DNA of 64,000 bases, from assembly GCA_010909165.1 (NCBI GenBank), contig MU008174.1, positions 806,001-870,000 on the forward strand, written 5' to 3'. The position numbers were made by a program, and so were the translations under genes. This DNA is from Anthoceros angustus. Lineage: Eukaryota > Plantae > Anthocerotophyta. Below, in pieces: positions 10,480-22,900 of this stretch; the stretch's first letter is position 1; every line of letters starts with the position of its first letter. The notes beneath the pieces are model-generated. The model saw only the letters and a program-made list of their open reading frames with translations. It was not told the origin of the DNA and did no database searches.

Positions 10480-13110
10480 TATCCTAAGCTGTAACATAAG
10501 ATGATGAATGTGAGTGGAAGGAAGTTCTAGTTTGTGTAGGAGAAAGAGACTTAAAACTAAGGTACGGAGATCCAATTGGTGTTCATGAAAAGCTCTTTTC
10601 GGCATGAAAGAATAGAGGGGAGTTTGTATTGAAACCAGAGGTTTTCGGGAATGAACAATACACAATTGTGCAAACCGGTTTGTGGTGGCAAAAAAAGGAG
10701 GTACTTTTGAGTGTTATCAAAGTCTCTTTTGATTCACAATCTAGGTGTTTTTTCAGATCACTATGAAGTCTATGAGTATGTTGCATGCTCGTATTAAATT
10801 TGTTTTTTTCGTCTGCACCAGGAACATGTAGGTTGTGAAGGGGCTGTAATAGCACCTATCATTTTGTACTCAGATGCAACAACCCTCTCACATGATCAAA
10901 GAACTAGCAGATATCCTCTTGCAATGTTATTGGGCAATATTGCGTATGCAACAAGGTCTTTGAAGCATGGGCATGCTCTACTAGCAATTATGCCAATAGT
11001 TGGTAGTAATGACCCTGTGGTTCTTAATGTTTCCAATTTAAGATTGAAGAAACTAGAGATTTTGTAGCAATGCCTGAAGGTGATCTTGCAACCACTGAAG
11101 GAGGTGAATTTCGAAGGATTGCACTTGAAGGATGAATTTGGTTGTCACCAATGGGCTTTTCCTATGCTCTATTCCTACATAGCAAATCATCATAAAGGAT
11201 CCAAAGTAAATTCTAATATCCTCAAGACTGACTACTGATACAATGTGTTCACATTTTTCATGCTTGTAACAAGTTCTTTTTTTCATATTGTATACATAAT
11301 TGAAGGAGTGATGTTTTTGCAGGTTAGTTGCACATTTGACACAAATAAATGTGCTTTCCCTTGCAATATTTGTTTGTGTTCCCGAGATCTTTTGAGTAGA
11401 GTCGATTTGAAGCATGAATGATGGACTGAAGCAAGTATGATAGTTCTGCAGAATTAACTTGCCGAGATGATTGATGTTGGGTAGGTTGCAGCTATGAATC
11501 GACTTTCCTTAGAATCTTGAGTTCATCCTGTTAAGGTACCAAACAAATCGGCAGTAATGATAAGTTCAAAGCAGTTTTTGTTTGCGCCAAATTGAAATAA
11601 TCCCTAAACTTCTTGTGCTTTAGTGTGCCGTACTAGGGTTTAATGGAGGTGACATTGAGCTCGGTAATTGCTTTTGAGTAATTCGAATTGAGATTCTCCA
11701 CGAATTAGACTTGGGATTTGCTAAAATGCTGGTTGCGGCGCTGAGAGGAGTTGCAGCAGCAGGCTTGTGCTTAGCGCAAAAGCCTCTTGAGGTATTGGAT
11801 CATACTCAACATCGATATCCAACATTTCGTATCCAGAGAACGACAGCCATGGTTACTTCACCTCGAATGCAAATTTTGCTGCCTTCGAACACATAGTAGT
11901 TATGCAAGTGTTGGTGCTTTACATGGCTGAATTTTTTTCTCCTACAGTTATTCAAGTAATTGTCAAATTTTTGGATTGGTACAAGCTAGCTTGTCGAAGC
12001 GGAGTGCACAACAAAGAGACGCAAAAGCAAATGGAGAAGCAGATATCTAGGTACAAGTTTGTAGCTTTATATTTGTTCACCATTTATATTGTATTGTATT
12101 GATGAGTCATTTTTAGGTCTGAATCTAAATCGCATTAGTAGTTTGGTGCTACCTAGTAGGCTTTTTGCTGTCAGTTTGGTAGGCTAGAGTTAATCACATA
12201 ATTTTGTTGTCATGTCAACGTCATAGCGCTGTCACAAACCTGAAGAGTCTTTTGGGCGGTTTTCAAGCATTAAACTTTGACATTGTCAAAGTGCATGCGA
12301 TGTCCCACTTTTCAGATTATATTTACGCTCTAGGCTACCATGGGAGTACATTGCAGATATGTATGTTCACATGCATGCTTATGAAGATGCCATATCGCGC
12401 GAGCAACAGGCAAAAATTTACTGATCAGATTGTGCAACATCACAAACGGTTGGAGGCACTAAGAAGCAAGGCAGAAAACATGGAAGGCTGCATGATTTTG
12501 ATCTTCCGGTTGGTTAACTTTTTGTGGATTGGAGACTCTTTCCTAAGTTTTGACCAAATTTTTTGAATGTTTGTAGGCAGTGCAAACAAGGAAAAGCAAG
12601 CTATGTGGGCATAGTATACGCATCAAATGGAAATAGCTATCGGCAAGTACAATTGTCGACTTGCCTGTGCAGGTTGCCCGCTTATTTCAAGCCCAACCTA
12701 AGCTTCAACTATATTTGGTGTCGCAACTTCAAATTTATCTAAATGATTGGCATTTAACCCCGTCAGCAGGTTTGGTCATAGTTTACTAGATTCAGGAGTT
12801 TGCAGTATTTTTGTTGTTACGAGGACAAGCTGGTATAATAAGTGATACATTTGGTGACATGTACTTGTAGGGGAGAGCGTTGATGACCAAGAAAGCTCTT
12901 GTTGTTACTACTGGCTCTAGAGATAGATTAGGGGATTGGCCGATGTACCTCCGTGCGACCTACAATTTCCATGGAAGGCCATGGTATTCTGATGTCAGTA
13001 TCCAAATGGAGGGAGAAGCTCAACCAAAGCAAACCTGGTATGGGCAATTATGCCTACTATTTCAACTAGATGTGGAAGATGAACATATGCTACCTCCCGT
13101 GGGTTGCTAA
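10480..13110 (+). mobile_element. Decayed Plavaka-type (CMC/CACTA-related) DNA transposase
   Basis: Ordered remnants YGDPIG..TGLWWQ, YSDATTL..YPLAMLLGNI..GHALLAIMP, FPMLYSYIANH, SHFSDYI..KMPYRASN..Q and RATYNFHGRPWYSDVSI..WYGQLCLLF. Many stops and frameshifts; no TIRs recognised. Confidence 0.75.
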
Positions 13111-14067
13111 AAGGACAATGAATGTGGAGACTTTATAAAAAGAATGAGATGAGAAATCCCATCGACCCCGAGGCAAAATAGGATAACCCACGATGGGGCA
13201 CCAGGCCAGGGGGGCGTGCCCCCGCACTAATCTACCCTATCCAACCGCCCCCAAGATGTTGCCGTTCGAGATAGGGAAGGGCAGGAGAACTAGGAGACTG
13301 ATCTTAGAGGAATCAATCTTGACGTTGATAGACAAGCTCCTTGCTCAAGCTTCAACAAGTAATTCTGGTATCTCGTTTAAACCCTAAAGCCTAAGCAAGG
13401 TAGAAGAACACGGCCAAGGTCTAACAAATTGGACCGAATTGGTGATAAGTATGTACTATGTATAATTCAATCATTCTCACCCTGAAATCTACTATTGGTT
13501 TGTGCGTGGGATTGGTAGTGATTGATTATGTGTAGCGGGAAAGATATATCAGAAGACATATAATAATGAAAAAGATAATATGAATAATATACTTATTCTT
13601 CTTGTAATATGTATTCTGACTCTAAGAAAGAAGAAGAAGTCTGCTATAATCCTCCGCTTCCTCTAGACACCGAGGGCCTCCACTCCCTCTAGACATCCCA
13701 TCTAAGTATCCATGGAGGCGCAGAATACTTTAACAACCAAGTACATAATATTCATATCTCACAATAACTCTGTTTAGTGGGGCTATAAGACTCTATGGGT
13801 AGTAGAGTATTCAGACTCATTTCATGACAATGGGGCCGATTCTTTTTGGTGATGAATGTTATTTTCTAGAAACACTGCCTCCTCGGCTCTGCGAAGACGG
13901 ATGGGCGTTCCGATCATGCTGACTTCCCGGCAGTCGACTGAAAGTTGTCTTTATTCAGAAGCTGGAACTCCAGCAGTGGAATGTACTACAGGAGGAACAA
14001 GGCACAGCCCTGGAGTGCCAATTAGCCTGGGCCCTGTTCACACCGCGTACAGATGCTGCAGGGGATA

Positions 14068-15546
14068 TCATTCTAGTACCACAGGTGATGAAGTTGCTGC
14101 TCTCTTGGCCCACAAGATAGCTATCACAAAACTTACAATGGAAGCAAACAATATGATCAGAAGAGCACAAAGTTTTGTTGTGAGACCACTGTGAGGGCTG
14201 GCAAAGAATGCCGCCGATGTCGCAGCACTCTGCCAGATCTTCCATTGGGCAAACGCAGCTTCGGTGTCGTAGGGATAGAGGGTGCCGAGGAGTGCACTGA
14301 TTTGTGTGTTGAAAGCTGCATCCCCTATTCCCCACAGGCTAGCAATGCCAAACAGAGCCAAGTAGTCCTGCAGCCCCTCCGCGTAGCTCTGTTTGAAGAA
14401 AAGCCTGAGTATGACGATCAGTTGCAGGAATGCACCACTGCAAGCTATGACTGCGATGGACGTCAGACCCGTGGGATATCGGCCGACCAGCACAGAAGCT
14501 AGCGCATCTGCTGCACCATGCACCGCCATCACCCCTCCAACCCAGGATATGCCTAGAGCCGGAGTGACTATATCCTTGGTGAAGTCCCCCCATATAAAAG
14601 CCTGTTGCAGGCCTGTGTAGACTAGGAGAAGGACAAATAGCAGCATTTTCCTTTCATATAGGATTGAAAATGTGGCCCTCACAAAATCGCTGTCAGGACC
14701 TCCTGGCCTTGGTGAATCAATCAGAGGTCTGTGCTTGATCAAGTCTGTGTGAGAGCGGAGAAAGCATGCCAAAATTGTGCCTACTAGCAAAAACCCCAAA
14801 AAGACAGAGAAAAGCAGCATGGTCCCAGGTGTGGCTTCATGTGGCCTGATGTCAGAACCTTTCTTGTAAGACAGCATGGCAAGAGTGAGCAGATTCCCAA
14901 TCACCTGATTGGCAGCAAACACTCCCCAGAACTCGCCATTGAAGCTCCCGATTGCAGAGGCCTCAGATATGTTGCACAATGCGGCATGGTTCTTGGCTGC
15001 GCAGGTGAGGTAAGTCCCCTCCGCAACCCACAGCAGGGAAGCTGTGAAACCCAGCAGCATCGAGGCAGGAATCAAGGTGTACCAGGTTGGATACAGATTA
15101 GCTGCTATGAAAGCCCAGTATCCTGTCAAGCCGAAGACAATGGCCTGCTTGGAGCCCAACCAGATAACGAGAAGAGGAGCCACAAGAGACGATAAGGTGA
15201 GCGACAGATAGAGCACCCCCAAAGAGATGGATCCCAGACCATGATCCACATGAAGACTGCTCTCCAAATTCTGCGTGGCACCATAAGCAAGAAAGACGAG
15301 GAGGAAGCAGAGGCTGAGCATGTGCAGGTCTCTCAGAAAGGGGCTGCTGTTAGTCTTCTCCTGGGAATCGGATCGGACAAGAGCAGGCCTTCTCTCCTCC
15401 CCGCTGATGGTCTGCCGCCTCCACGGAGCTGGAGCAGATTTCCGCAGTAGAGCTTCCTCTCCATCATCAGAACTGTCCATTGCTGGGGATGGTGGTGCCA
15501 CATCTTCCGGGCCCGACACAAGGCTCGATGATCTTGACAGGGCCAT
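14068..15546 (-). CDS. UNC-93-like major facilitator superfamily membrane protein, intronless
   Basis: Uninterrupted ORF with LHMLSLCFLLVFLAYGATQNLES, LGFTASLLWVAEGTYLT, GLQQAFIWGDFT and WKIWQSAATSAAFF, and about 12 hydrophobic segments. First ATG at 15546. Confidence 0.93.
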   Translation of the reverse strand: MALSRSSSLVSGPEDVAPPSPAMDSSDDGEEALLRKSAPAPWRRQTISGEERRPALVRSDSQEKTNSSPFLRDLHMLSLCFLLVFLAYGATQNLESSLHVDHGLGSISLGVLYLSLTLSSLVAPLLVIWLGSKQAIVFGLTGYWAFIAANLYPTWYTLIPASMLLGFTASLLWVAEGTYLTCAAKNHAALCNISEASAIGSFNGEFWGVFAANQVIGNLLTLAMLSYKKGSDIRPHEATPGTMLLFSVFLGFLLVGTILACFLRSHTDLIKHRPLIDSPRPGGPDSDFVRATFSILYERKMLLFVLLLVYTGLQQAFIWGDFTKDIVTPALGISWVGGVMAVHGAADALASVLVGRYPTGLTSIAVIACSGAFLQLIVILRLFFKQSYAEGLQDYLALFGIASLWGIGDAAFNTQISALLGTLYPYDTEAAFAQWKIWQSAATSAAFFASPHSGLTTKLCALLIILFASIVSFVIAILWAKRAATSSPVVLE

Positions 15547-16266
15547 CTCCAGGAAGTACTTATTCACCCTCTTCCTACAAGATGATCAACCTGCACCTGA
15601 ACCTACACCTACACTACATGAAGCCGTCACTTCCACACCACCATATCCAACGCCTCTCCACAACTCACCTACAACCCACCATCACACTGGAAGCTCCTTC
15701 TGCCAAATCCGGTATTGATCATCCTCACACAGAACATTGCAGAACAGAAGCAGTAATCCAATGCCCCAAACGACCGTCATCCCTCCTGGTACCCATCACC
15801 AAGAAGAATCTCATTCGCCAGCTCCTCCAGCTCTACAGTCACGGAAATGCATGGCTGCCACTCCGCTTCTCCCCATTGCTCTCAAGCTCTGATTGCGCAC
15901 GACCTCGACCAGAGCCGATCACGACAGCCCCGGGCCCCTGCTCGCCCCAGGTCTGCCCCCGCCGGACTGGCATGACCCAGCTCAAAATCGGGTCTCTCCC
16001 TGCCATGCTACCTGGCTGCTGTCCGCCCAGGCGCCCTCAACAGCCAGCCCATCACGGCACCCGCAGCAGGCAGACCGCACGGTCACAGGATCGCGCTGCT
16101 GCAGCGCCAGCTGCGAGCCGCCCAGCTTCGAGCTTCCAGCTGGAGCTCGCTGCTGCTCTCCTGGGCACGCCCACAAGAAGCGACCAGCCCGCAGGATGCA
16201 GCACTTTGGCATTTATACTGGCTCATGGCCCGATACAGCTTCCATTGCAGAGGCAGAGAGAGGCTG

Positions 16267-16301
16267 CGGCTTCGGCTTCGGCTTCGGCTTCGGCTTCGGC
16301 T
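16267..16301. repeat. (CGGCTT)n hexanucleotide microsatellite between the divergent UNC-93-like and REV3 genes
   Basis: Five full CGGCTT units plus a partial unit. Confidence 0.95.
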
Positions 16302-16970
16302 GCTGACTGCCCAGTGGCTGCTCTTCAGTTGGCTGCGCAGTAAAATCTTCCTCTCCTTCCGATCTTCTGCCTCCAGTATGTATGTACGCAGCTCTCGCTG
16401 CTTCCTTCGGCTTTTACACGCTCCAGCGTCTCGCAATTCCAACAGTAGATTCCAAACGGTACAACAACGCCAGACAAACAACGTGTGTTCTGGCCAGGTT
16501 ACTGCTGCCCACCGTGCTCTCGAGCCCTGTCCACACCGCGGGGTTGGGCCCGTGTCCACACCAGGGCAGGTCCGGACTCCAGGACTGCCACTGCCTAAAC
16601 GCTGGTGGGGCTCGCTGGATGCTCCAGATTTTTCCTCTGCCTGTCCTTGCGGCATGCCCATGGGGCGAGAGTGACGTGAGGTACGTAGCATCGGAATCTG
16701 CTCATGCTCCAAGTGGGGTCCTTGGTCAAGCTGGGATTCTTCATCCGATTTGACTCCAATCAGTGGAACCCAACTGCCAGGGATGAGTGGAATCAAGTTT
16801 AATCAGGCTTCACCCAATTTGGGAGTTATGGCTCTGGCACGGTCATGTGCAGGCCAGCGTTTTCCCCGCCATGGCCATGACATCCGCCCAGGCTCGTGAG
16901 GCTTGGGGATAATTGCACCGGACAGATAGATTGCTGATGCTCGAGGCGTTTGGACTCACATCTGGAGAGA

Positions 16971-19900
16971 ATGGCTCTTGTGAGTCCTAAGACTGGCAGC
17001 CTGCCCAGCTCCAGGGAGGGCAGCCAGGAAAACCGATTGTTCAGCATCCGAATTGTCAGCTTCGACCACTACACGGCTCCCCCTTTGCCTGAGCTGGACT
17101 TGGGATACTCCACCTTCCAGGGTAGGGGACCCCGGTGCCATCCCTTATCTGGCTTAGTTCTTCAGCTGAAGGGAGCATAAGAGTTTGCTCTCTGTCTCGG
17201 CTGTGCAGGTCGCACAATTGAAGAAGTCCCTGTTGTTCGGATATTTGGGTCTACTACAGGTGGCCAGAAGACATGCCTGCACTTGCACAGGGTACGGGTG
17301 AATGTGGGTTCAACAGTACTAGCATGTCAAGCTGTGTTGGTCTATTCGTTCAGCAATTGTTGATGCAAATTATGCAACAGATCTTCCCTTATTTCTACGT
17401 CCCTTACGAGGATGATCTTCCCCAAGATGTGAATGAAGGTATTGCACCATGTCGTCGGACACTGAGCTCATATTGGTTTGATTATGGCACGTAGACATTC
17501 TGGGTTTCCTGCACGTTGCAGTGTGTATATCATCTTTTTGTTAACTCGATAAGAATGCTGACCTGCTCATTTGCTCATTTCTTGTGCTGTTTCTTCAGCC
17601 TTTGCGTATGTCCGCTGCCTCGGAGTGGCCATTGAGCAAGCCATGAAGGTACTAAAGTTTGATAATTACGGTCTTGTCCATGGTTCAATGTGAGAGCGTG
17701 TTGATTTCAAGAGCTCAGCCATTGTAAATATGCCCAACTTGCAGATGTCCAGCCACGCTGCTGGGAAGAAGCAACATGTGCACTGTTGTAGCCTGGTCCG
17801 TGGTAGGAAGTACTACGGATATCATCCAAATGAGCAATTGTTCATAAAGATTGTCCTGTATCCTCACACACCTGCTGGATGTGTTGTTGGATAACATGTT
17901 CTGCCTGCTTGTATGTGCAAGTATGGCTAGTGTTTCTACAGAGTTATTTTATTGCACTGAAAAAGTATACACTTAACATCATTCAGCTACCATCCACAGG
18001 ACGTGTCTCGAATAACTGCTTTGCTCACGGTAAGCCCTGCTCAGTTTTGCCCGTCTCATCTAGACACGACAGTCAGATACCTGATGATCAAATATTGTTC
18101 ATGTTACTACAGGCTGGTGGGATTATGAATCGGAAGTTCCAACCACATGAATCTCACATTCCATACCTCCTTCAGTTTCTGGTATGGTTTTTGGCCATTC
18201 TTGAGGCCAGCGTCCTTCGTGCTGTCCTTGTCATATGGGGTAAGGTGATAAGGACATCCCCACGGTTTCTTGTGCTTGCTGCCTCTGGGTATCTCACTTC
18301 ATAACATGTTCGTCCAGATTGACCACAACTTGTCTGGAATGGCTCACATACATCTTGCAAAAGTGAAGCTACGACATCCGCTTCCAGATCACTCATTGGA
18401 CAGAGCTCAGCTGTTGAAAAAGCTAAAGGAATCATTAAGGAGGCCAGCGACTGTTACACAGGACGGGGAGGAAGGCCCTTTGGACATTCTTGTCAATCAA
18501 GCACAGAAGAGCAATGTAACTAATGATGCTGAGCCGCGTGGAGGTCCATCTTCCTCTCTTTCAGTGGGAGATGAGTCGAATGTCTGGCTGAAAACCACGG
18601 TTCCAGTAGAATGGATTTGGACTGCAGGTGGAGATGCAGCACCGTCAAGACACAGCACTTGCGAGTTGGAGGGTGATGCTTTAGCTGAAGGTATGCCGTT
18701 TTCCTTGGTTGAGATGAAAACTAACCTCTTATGAGTCCAGATTGCAAGGTAACCCTCAAGATATGGAATGAAGTAATCATTTGTTTCGTCTACAGACATT
18801 TTGAACAAGCGCGATCTTCTGTTTGTGCCATTGCAAACTGCAGGGCCTGATATTAGGACAGTGCAATCACTGGTACCTATTTGGGAGGTTAGTGGCTGAG
18901 ACTCTAACCAGGGTGTTTGAAGCTGGCATAAAAGGAGAGCGTTTTCTCAGCAAGTCTGGGCTTTTGCATGAGCTGGGTGCACATGCCGTTGTTTCAAGCT
19001 TGTGAACAGCTTTCAAAATAAAATGCTCATCCTGTGTCTGTGTGGTGGATCATCTATATGTTTACAATGCAGGAAGAGCTTCAAAGAACCGGTGAAGAAG
19101 GAGCTGCAGGACCACTTGCTCAATCTTCTCCCGGAGAAAGGATATTGCCTCCCATATCCTCTCATGAGCAAGCAATGCGGAATGCGCTTTCCGACATAGT
19201 ATGCGAATTTGAGTCTAGGCATGCAGGAGCTGGGAACACACAGGGCGGCACTCCTTTAAAGTCGCCCCCATCTGCGGAAGTTGCAGCTCCTTCAGAAGTA
19301 GCATCTGGCAACATAGGTGAGCTTGTTCAGAACCAGGCTCTGGAGATCAAGGACAAGAGCCATGCCACATTGGAACAGCTAGGTCTGGGTTTGAAGGGGC
19401 GCGGACCACCTTTAACAGCAGATCAGGTTTCCCCAGTGTCACCCCAACGAAAATCAAGGGATTTGCGGATGGTTGGTAGCCTTCTGAAGTGCACACAAGC
19501 AGCAAATGTGCAAGAATTAGGTTGTCCCCAAGATGAAGGGAGACCACCACAAGATTGGATATCAGGATCAGCAGGATCGGGAGAAATATATTTTCCTGAA
19601 CAAGATATGGAGGGCCTTGTGAATGAAGAAATTGTCAAGGAACAGTTTACACAAGCATCTGAGCCCCAGGTATTGATGCTTATGCTGCAGTTGATTCTCA
19701 GCCAGGTAGTCTTTTAACGTTTATACTAACCCAGTGTTGCTTCCAGGGCACAGAAAGGGAAGTTCTTGACTTGCTTTGTTGGATGGGTGGTGCCCAAGAT
19801 GAGATAGATGTTGAGGCCAGCAAAGATGGAGATGAGCAAGGCTCTCAAGAGCTAGAGTTTAGCCAGATGTTTCGCTCGTCAGGGGTGCAGGCAGCATTAA

Positions 19901-22900
19901 CACGAGCTCTATCAGCATATGAAGTTGCCTCTAACACCGAATGCCAAGAGATACTGAGCTGTTACGGAGAGGGTAAAGAGAAACTCGAAGCAGGATCTTC
20001 AGAGGAAGAAGGCAGACATGGTCAAGGACTGACCGAATCCAGTGATGAAGACAACATCACGAGTTTGATCGCTAATCAGGCAGGAGCAGAGCCATGGGAG
20101 AAGAGCCAATCACCTAAATCAGGAGGACACATGAATAACAGAAATGCTGCTGGAAGTTCACAACCTGAACCTAGAATCCCGCAGATAGATGGTCAATATG
20201 ATGAGCGGAATGACATTGATACTGAAGGGGGCCCTTGCTGCTCTGGAGATCGACCCGTAGAGACAGAGACCCCTATGTTGACAACGGACCTTGATTCTAT
20301 GTCACCCAGTCAACTACAAGTACTGCGTGCATCTTCTCCACACCTCGAGAAGGGTGTGAAGATGAAAACTTTGTCAACGTTACAAACCTCCAAACTTCCA
20401 GCTGTCAAGGCCACCAAGCCACAGGTTTCCTGGTGCACTTTGCCTGTAACTGGCATAGAGTCTGCCTCAGCAGCATCAGGGCACAAGAGAGAGGAACAAT
20501 TGTCTTCTGGGAAGGGACTTTCGAGGCCTCCCATTGCTGAAACAGGACTCAGTGGGGAAACATCCAAATTGAATCGAGAAAGGAGCTCCTCCTTACGTGA
20601 TTTGATGAGACGACGCCGTGCAAGAAAGCGAAAGCAGTGGGAAGTTGGGCACCAGAATGAAACCGGCATGTCTGTGGACACTAGTGAGCCTAAAAGAACT
20701 GCTGGGATGGAGGTCAGTGGGAAGACCAACATGAAGGAACAGAAGCGTACTGGCAAGTGGGATACGGGACTAAGTGACAGAGGGGACAACCGAGACTGCG
20801 GCGGAGGACAGAAACATGAGGATCGTGGTTCTGTTTTGGGTCAGGAGGGTGCATTTAGTTTGCACGAACCAGCCCTTGAAACTGGCAACGTACATAAGTT
20901 GAGTTTGCTGAATACGTCATCTCTTCCAGAGGATCAAGAAAATCTTTCTTCTGGATGTAAGTCCACTGTAAAAGGTGACAACGGGATGGATCAAAGGCAT
21001 GATGAGCTGCTGATCGTTGGCAAGCAGTTTTCTGTTGCTGACACTGTTCGTTTTCATAATGTGAAAAACGATGAGCTTGGCACAAGGGGAGAGGACCATG
21101 AGCACTGTAGAGCTAGGCAGCACTGTGTTTCGGAAGAGTTCTCGCCAAGAAAGGTTTGTGAGGCATCAAAACAAGCACTTTGCTACTCTAACAATCCTCG
21201 TGGTGACATATCAGTCATGTCCAAGGAACCACAAACCCAGTGCCGCCCTTTTGGGGGTGCTCAACACAGATCGGAACATGAGGTCACGACACCTACTTTT
21301 GTTTCAAACGCTGATTCAAGCTCACTGCAGAGTCTGGAGATGCAGATTGTAAAAACAGAGACTGCCAACCCCAAGACTCAGCTTGAGAGAACAGGAAAGG
21401 TGGATTTAGAGGCTTGCCCTGGCAAGTCGGCTTTTGAGCGTGGCCTTGAAGTGCTTGCAGGACACATCCCTCCAGCAGAATCACACGAACAGAGAGATGA
21501 TGAGAAGGATCTTGCAGAGCGTATGTTGAAGGAAGGTTGTGACAGTAATTCATGTTGGAGAAAGGGCCGCTCGTCAATGATGAGCAATTCCACATTGGCG
21601 ATTTATCAGGATAATGCAACTGAAACTCTCTACCCTTTATGCTATAACAGGAAGCCACCAAGCCCAGCTCACTGCCTCAACACTTTCTCCAACCATGGTC
21701 TCAATTCAGAAGAGCATGGCACTGTCTTTTTTGGAAATGTCAAGGATGTGTCGGCCCAGCCCACTGTTATGGCTGGTTTAGTATTTCACTGTGAGTAGTA
21801 CCCTTGAATTTTGAGTCAATGCTGCTAATTTTCTTCTGAAGGCAAGTCATCTCATACAAAGTCTAATTTGCTGCAGTGAGGTCAAAGGAAGGTGTGCATT
21901 TGCCGCCATTCCTTTTTGGATCACCAGGGAAGGTGAGCAGATCTGAGCAAGCATCCAAGAAAAGTGAATATGTGGAGAAGGAGCTCTGGGGTCCACAGCA
22001 GGGTGGAGAGAGTAGAATGGGAGTACCCGTGCACTTTGAAAATGATGGGAGCATCTTCTACCTTCTGACACCTGCCCGAAGTCCTCCTTCCTGCTCAGCT
22101 GTTCTGGACTGGCTGCATCAGAAGACGTCAAAAGGTGGTGATGGCCCTGGCAAGGAAGACAAACAAGTTTTCACCATGGATCCAAACACCGGAAAGCTGG
22201 TTGCACTTGAGGGTGATGCACAAACCCAGACCACCCAGACATTCACTCAAGGATCCCTGGAGGATAATGAGTACTACAGACCTGCATCGCCGAAGTATGA
22301 TGAAAAGCACGTGCTGACTGTGCCATTCACTTCCACTGACCACCATCTTGCGGACTCTTCTGTTGATAACAAATTATCTGTACAACGAGTGGGTGGAAAG
22401 CTGCCCGCAGATGTTAGCAGGGAGACCCACAACCCAGGCAGTAATCAAGGCCTGCCGAATGCTCAGGATAAAGTGATTGGAGGTGGAGAGAATCAGTGCG
22501 CCAAGAAGGATCATGTCAGTTCTAAAGTGCTTGGTGGAGCTACTGATACAACGAAGGATATTGCAAGGCCTACCCGACAATGGCGTGATGTTTCACAAAT
22601 TACAGCCCCAGCCATCACAGCAGCTCAGATAACCCCTCTCAGTCAATCTGGATTTCGAGATCCAGCAAGTGAAGGTGGTGGTCAGCAACTCACTTTGGCA
22701 AGCATAGAGGTCAGCCATGTTTGCAAGGACTTGACTGGTGCCCGTTGCTTGATTACCATCTTACTGAGGTCAAGTGAGTTGTATTTCAGATCTATGGACA
22801 GACTAGAGGAGATTTGCGACCCGACCCTAGATATGATGCGATCGGCTGCATAGTTATAGTGTTTCAAGATGACCATCAGAACCGAGAACAGACTACGTTT

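Noticed and set aside
9288-10487. ORFs at 9288-9903 (minus) and a Gly/Ser 42-45 bp repeat ORF at 10116-10487
   Set aside because: No recognisable domain or splice model; they lie in a TE-relic zone and were left unannotated.
13379-13387. AAACCCTAA telo-box motifs (also at 49092-49100)
   Set aside because: Single short matches that are expected by chance or within TE relics; there is no telomeric array.
15480-16796. ORFs of 150-290 aa with RLRLRL / SRSRSR / ASASAS runs
   Set aside because: They result from a GC-rich divergent promoter or leader region and a CGGCTT microsatellite. No family motifs were recognised.
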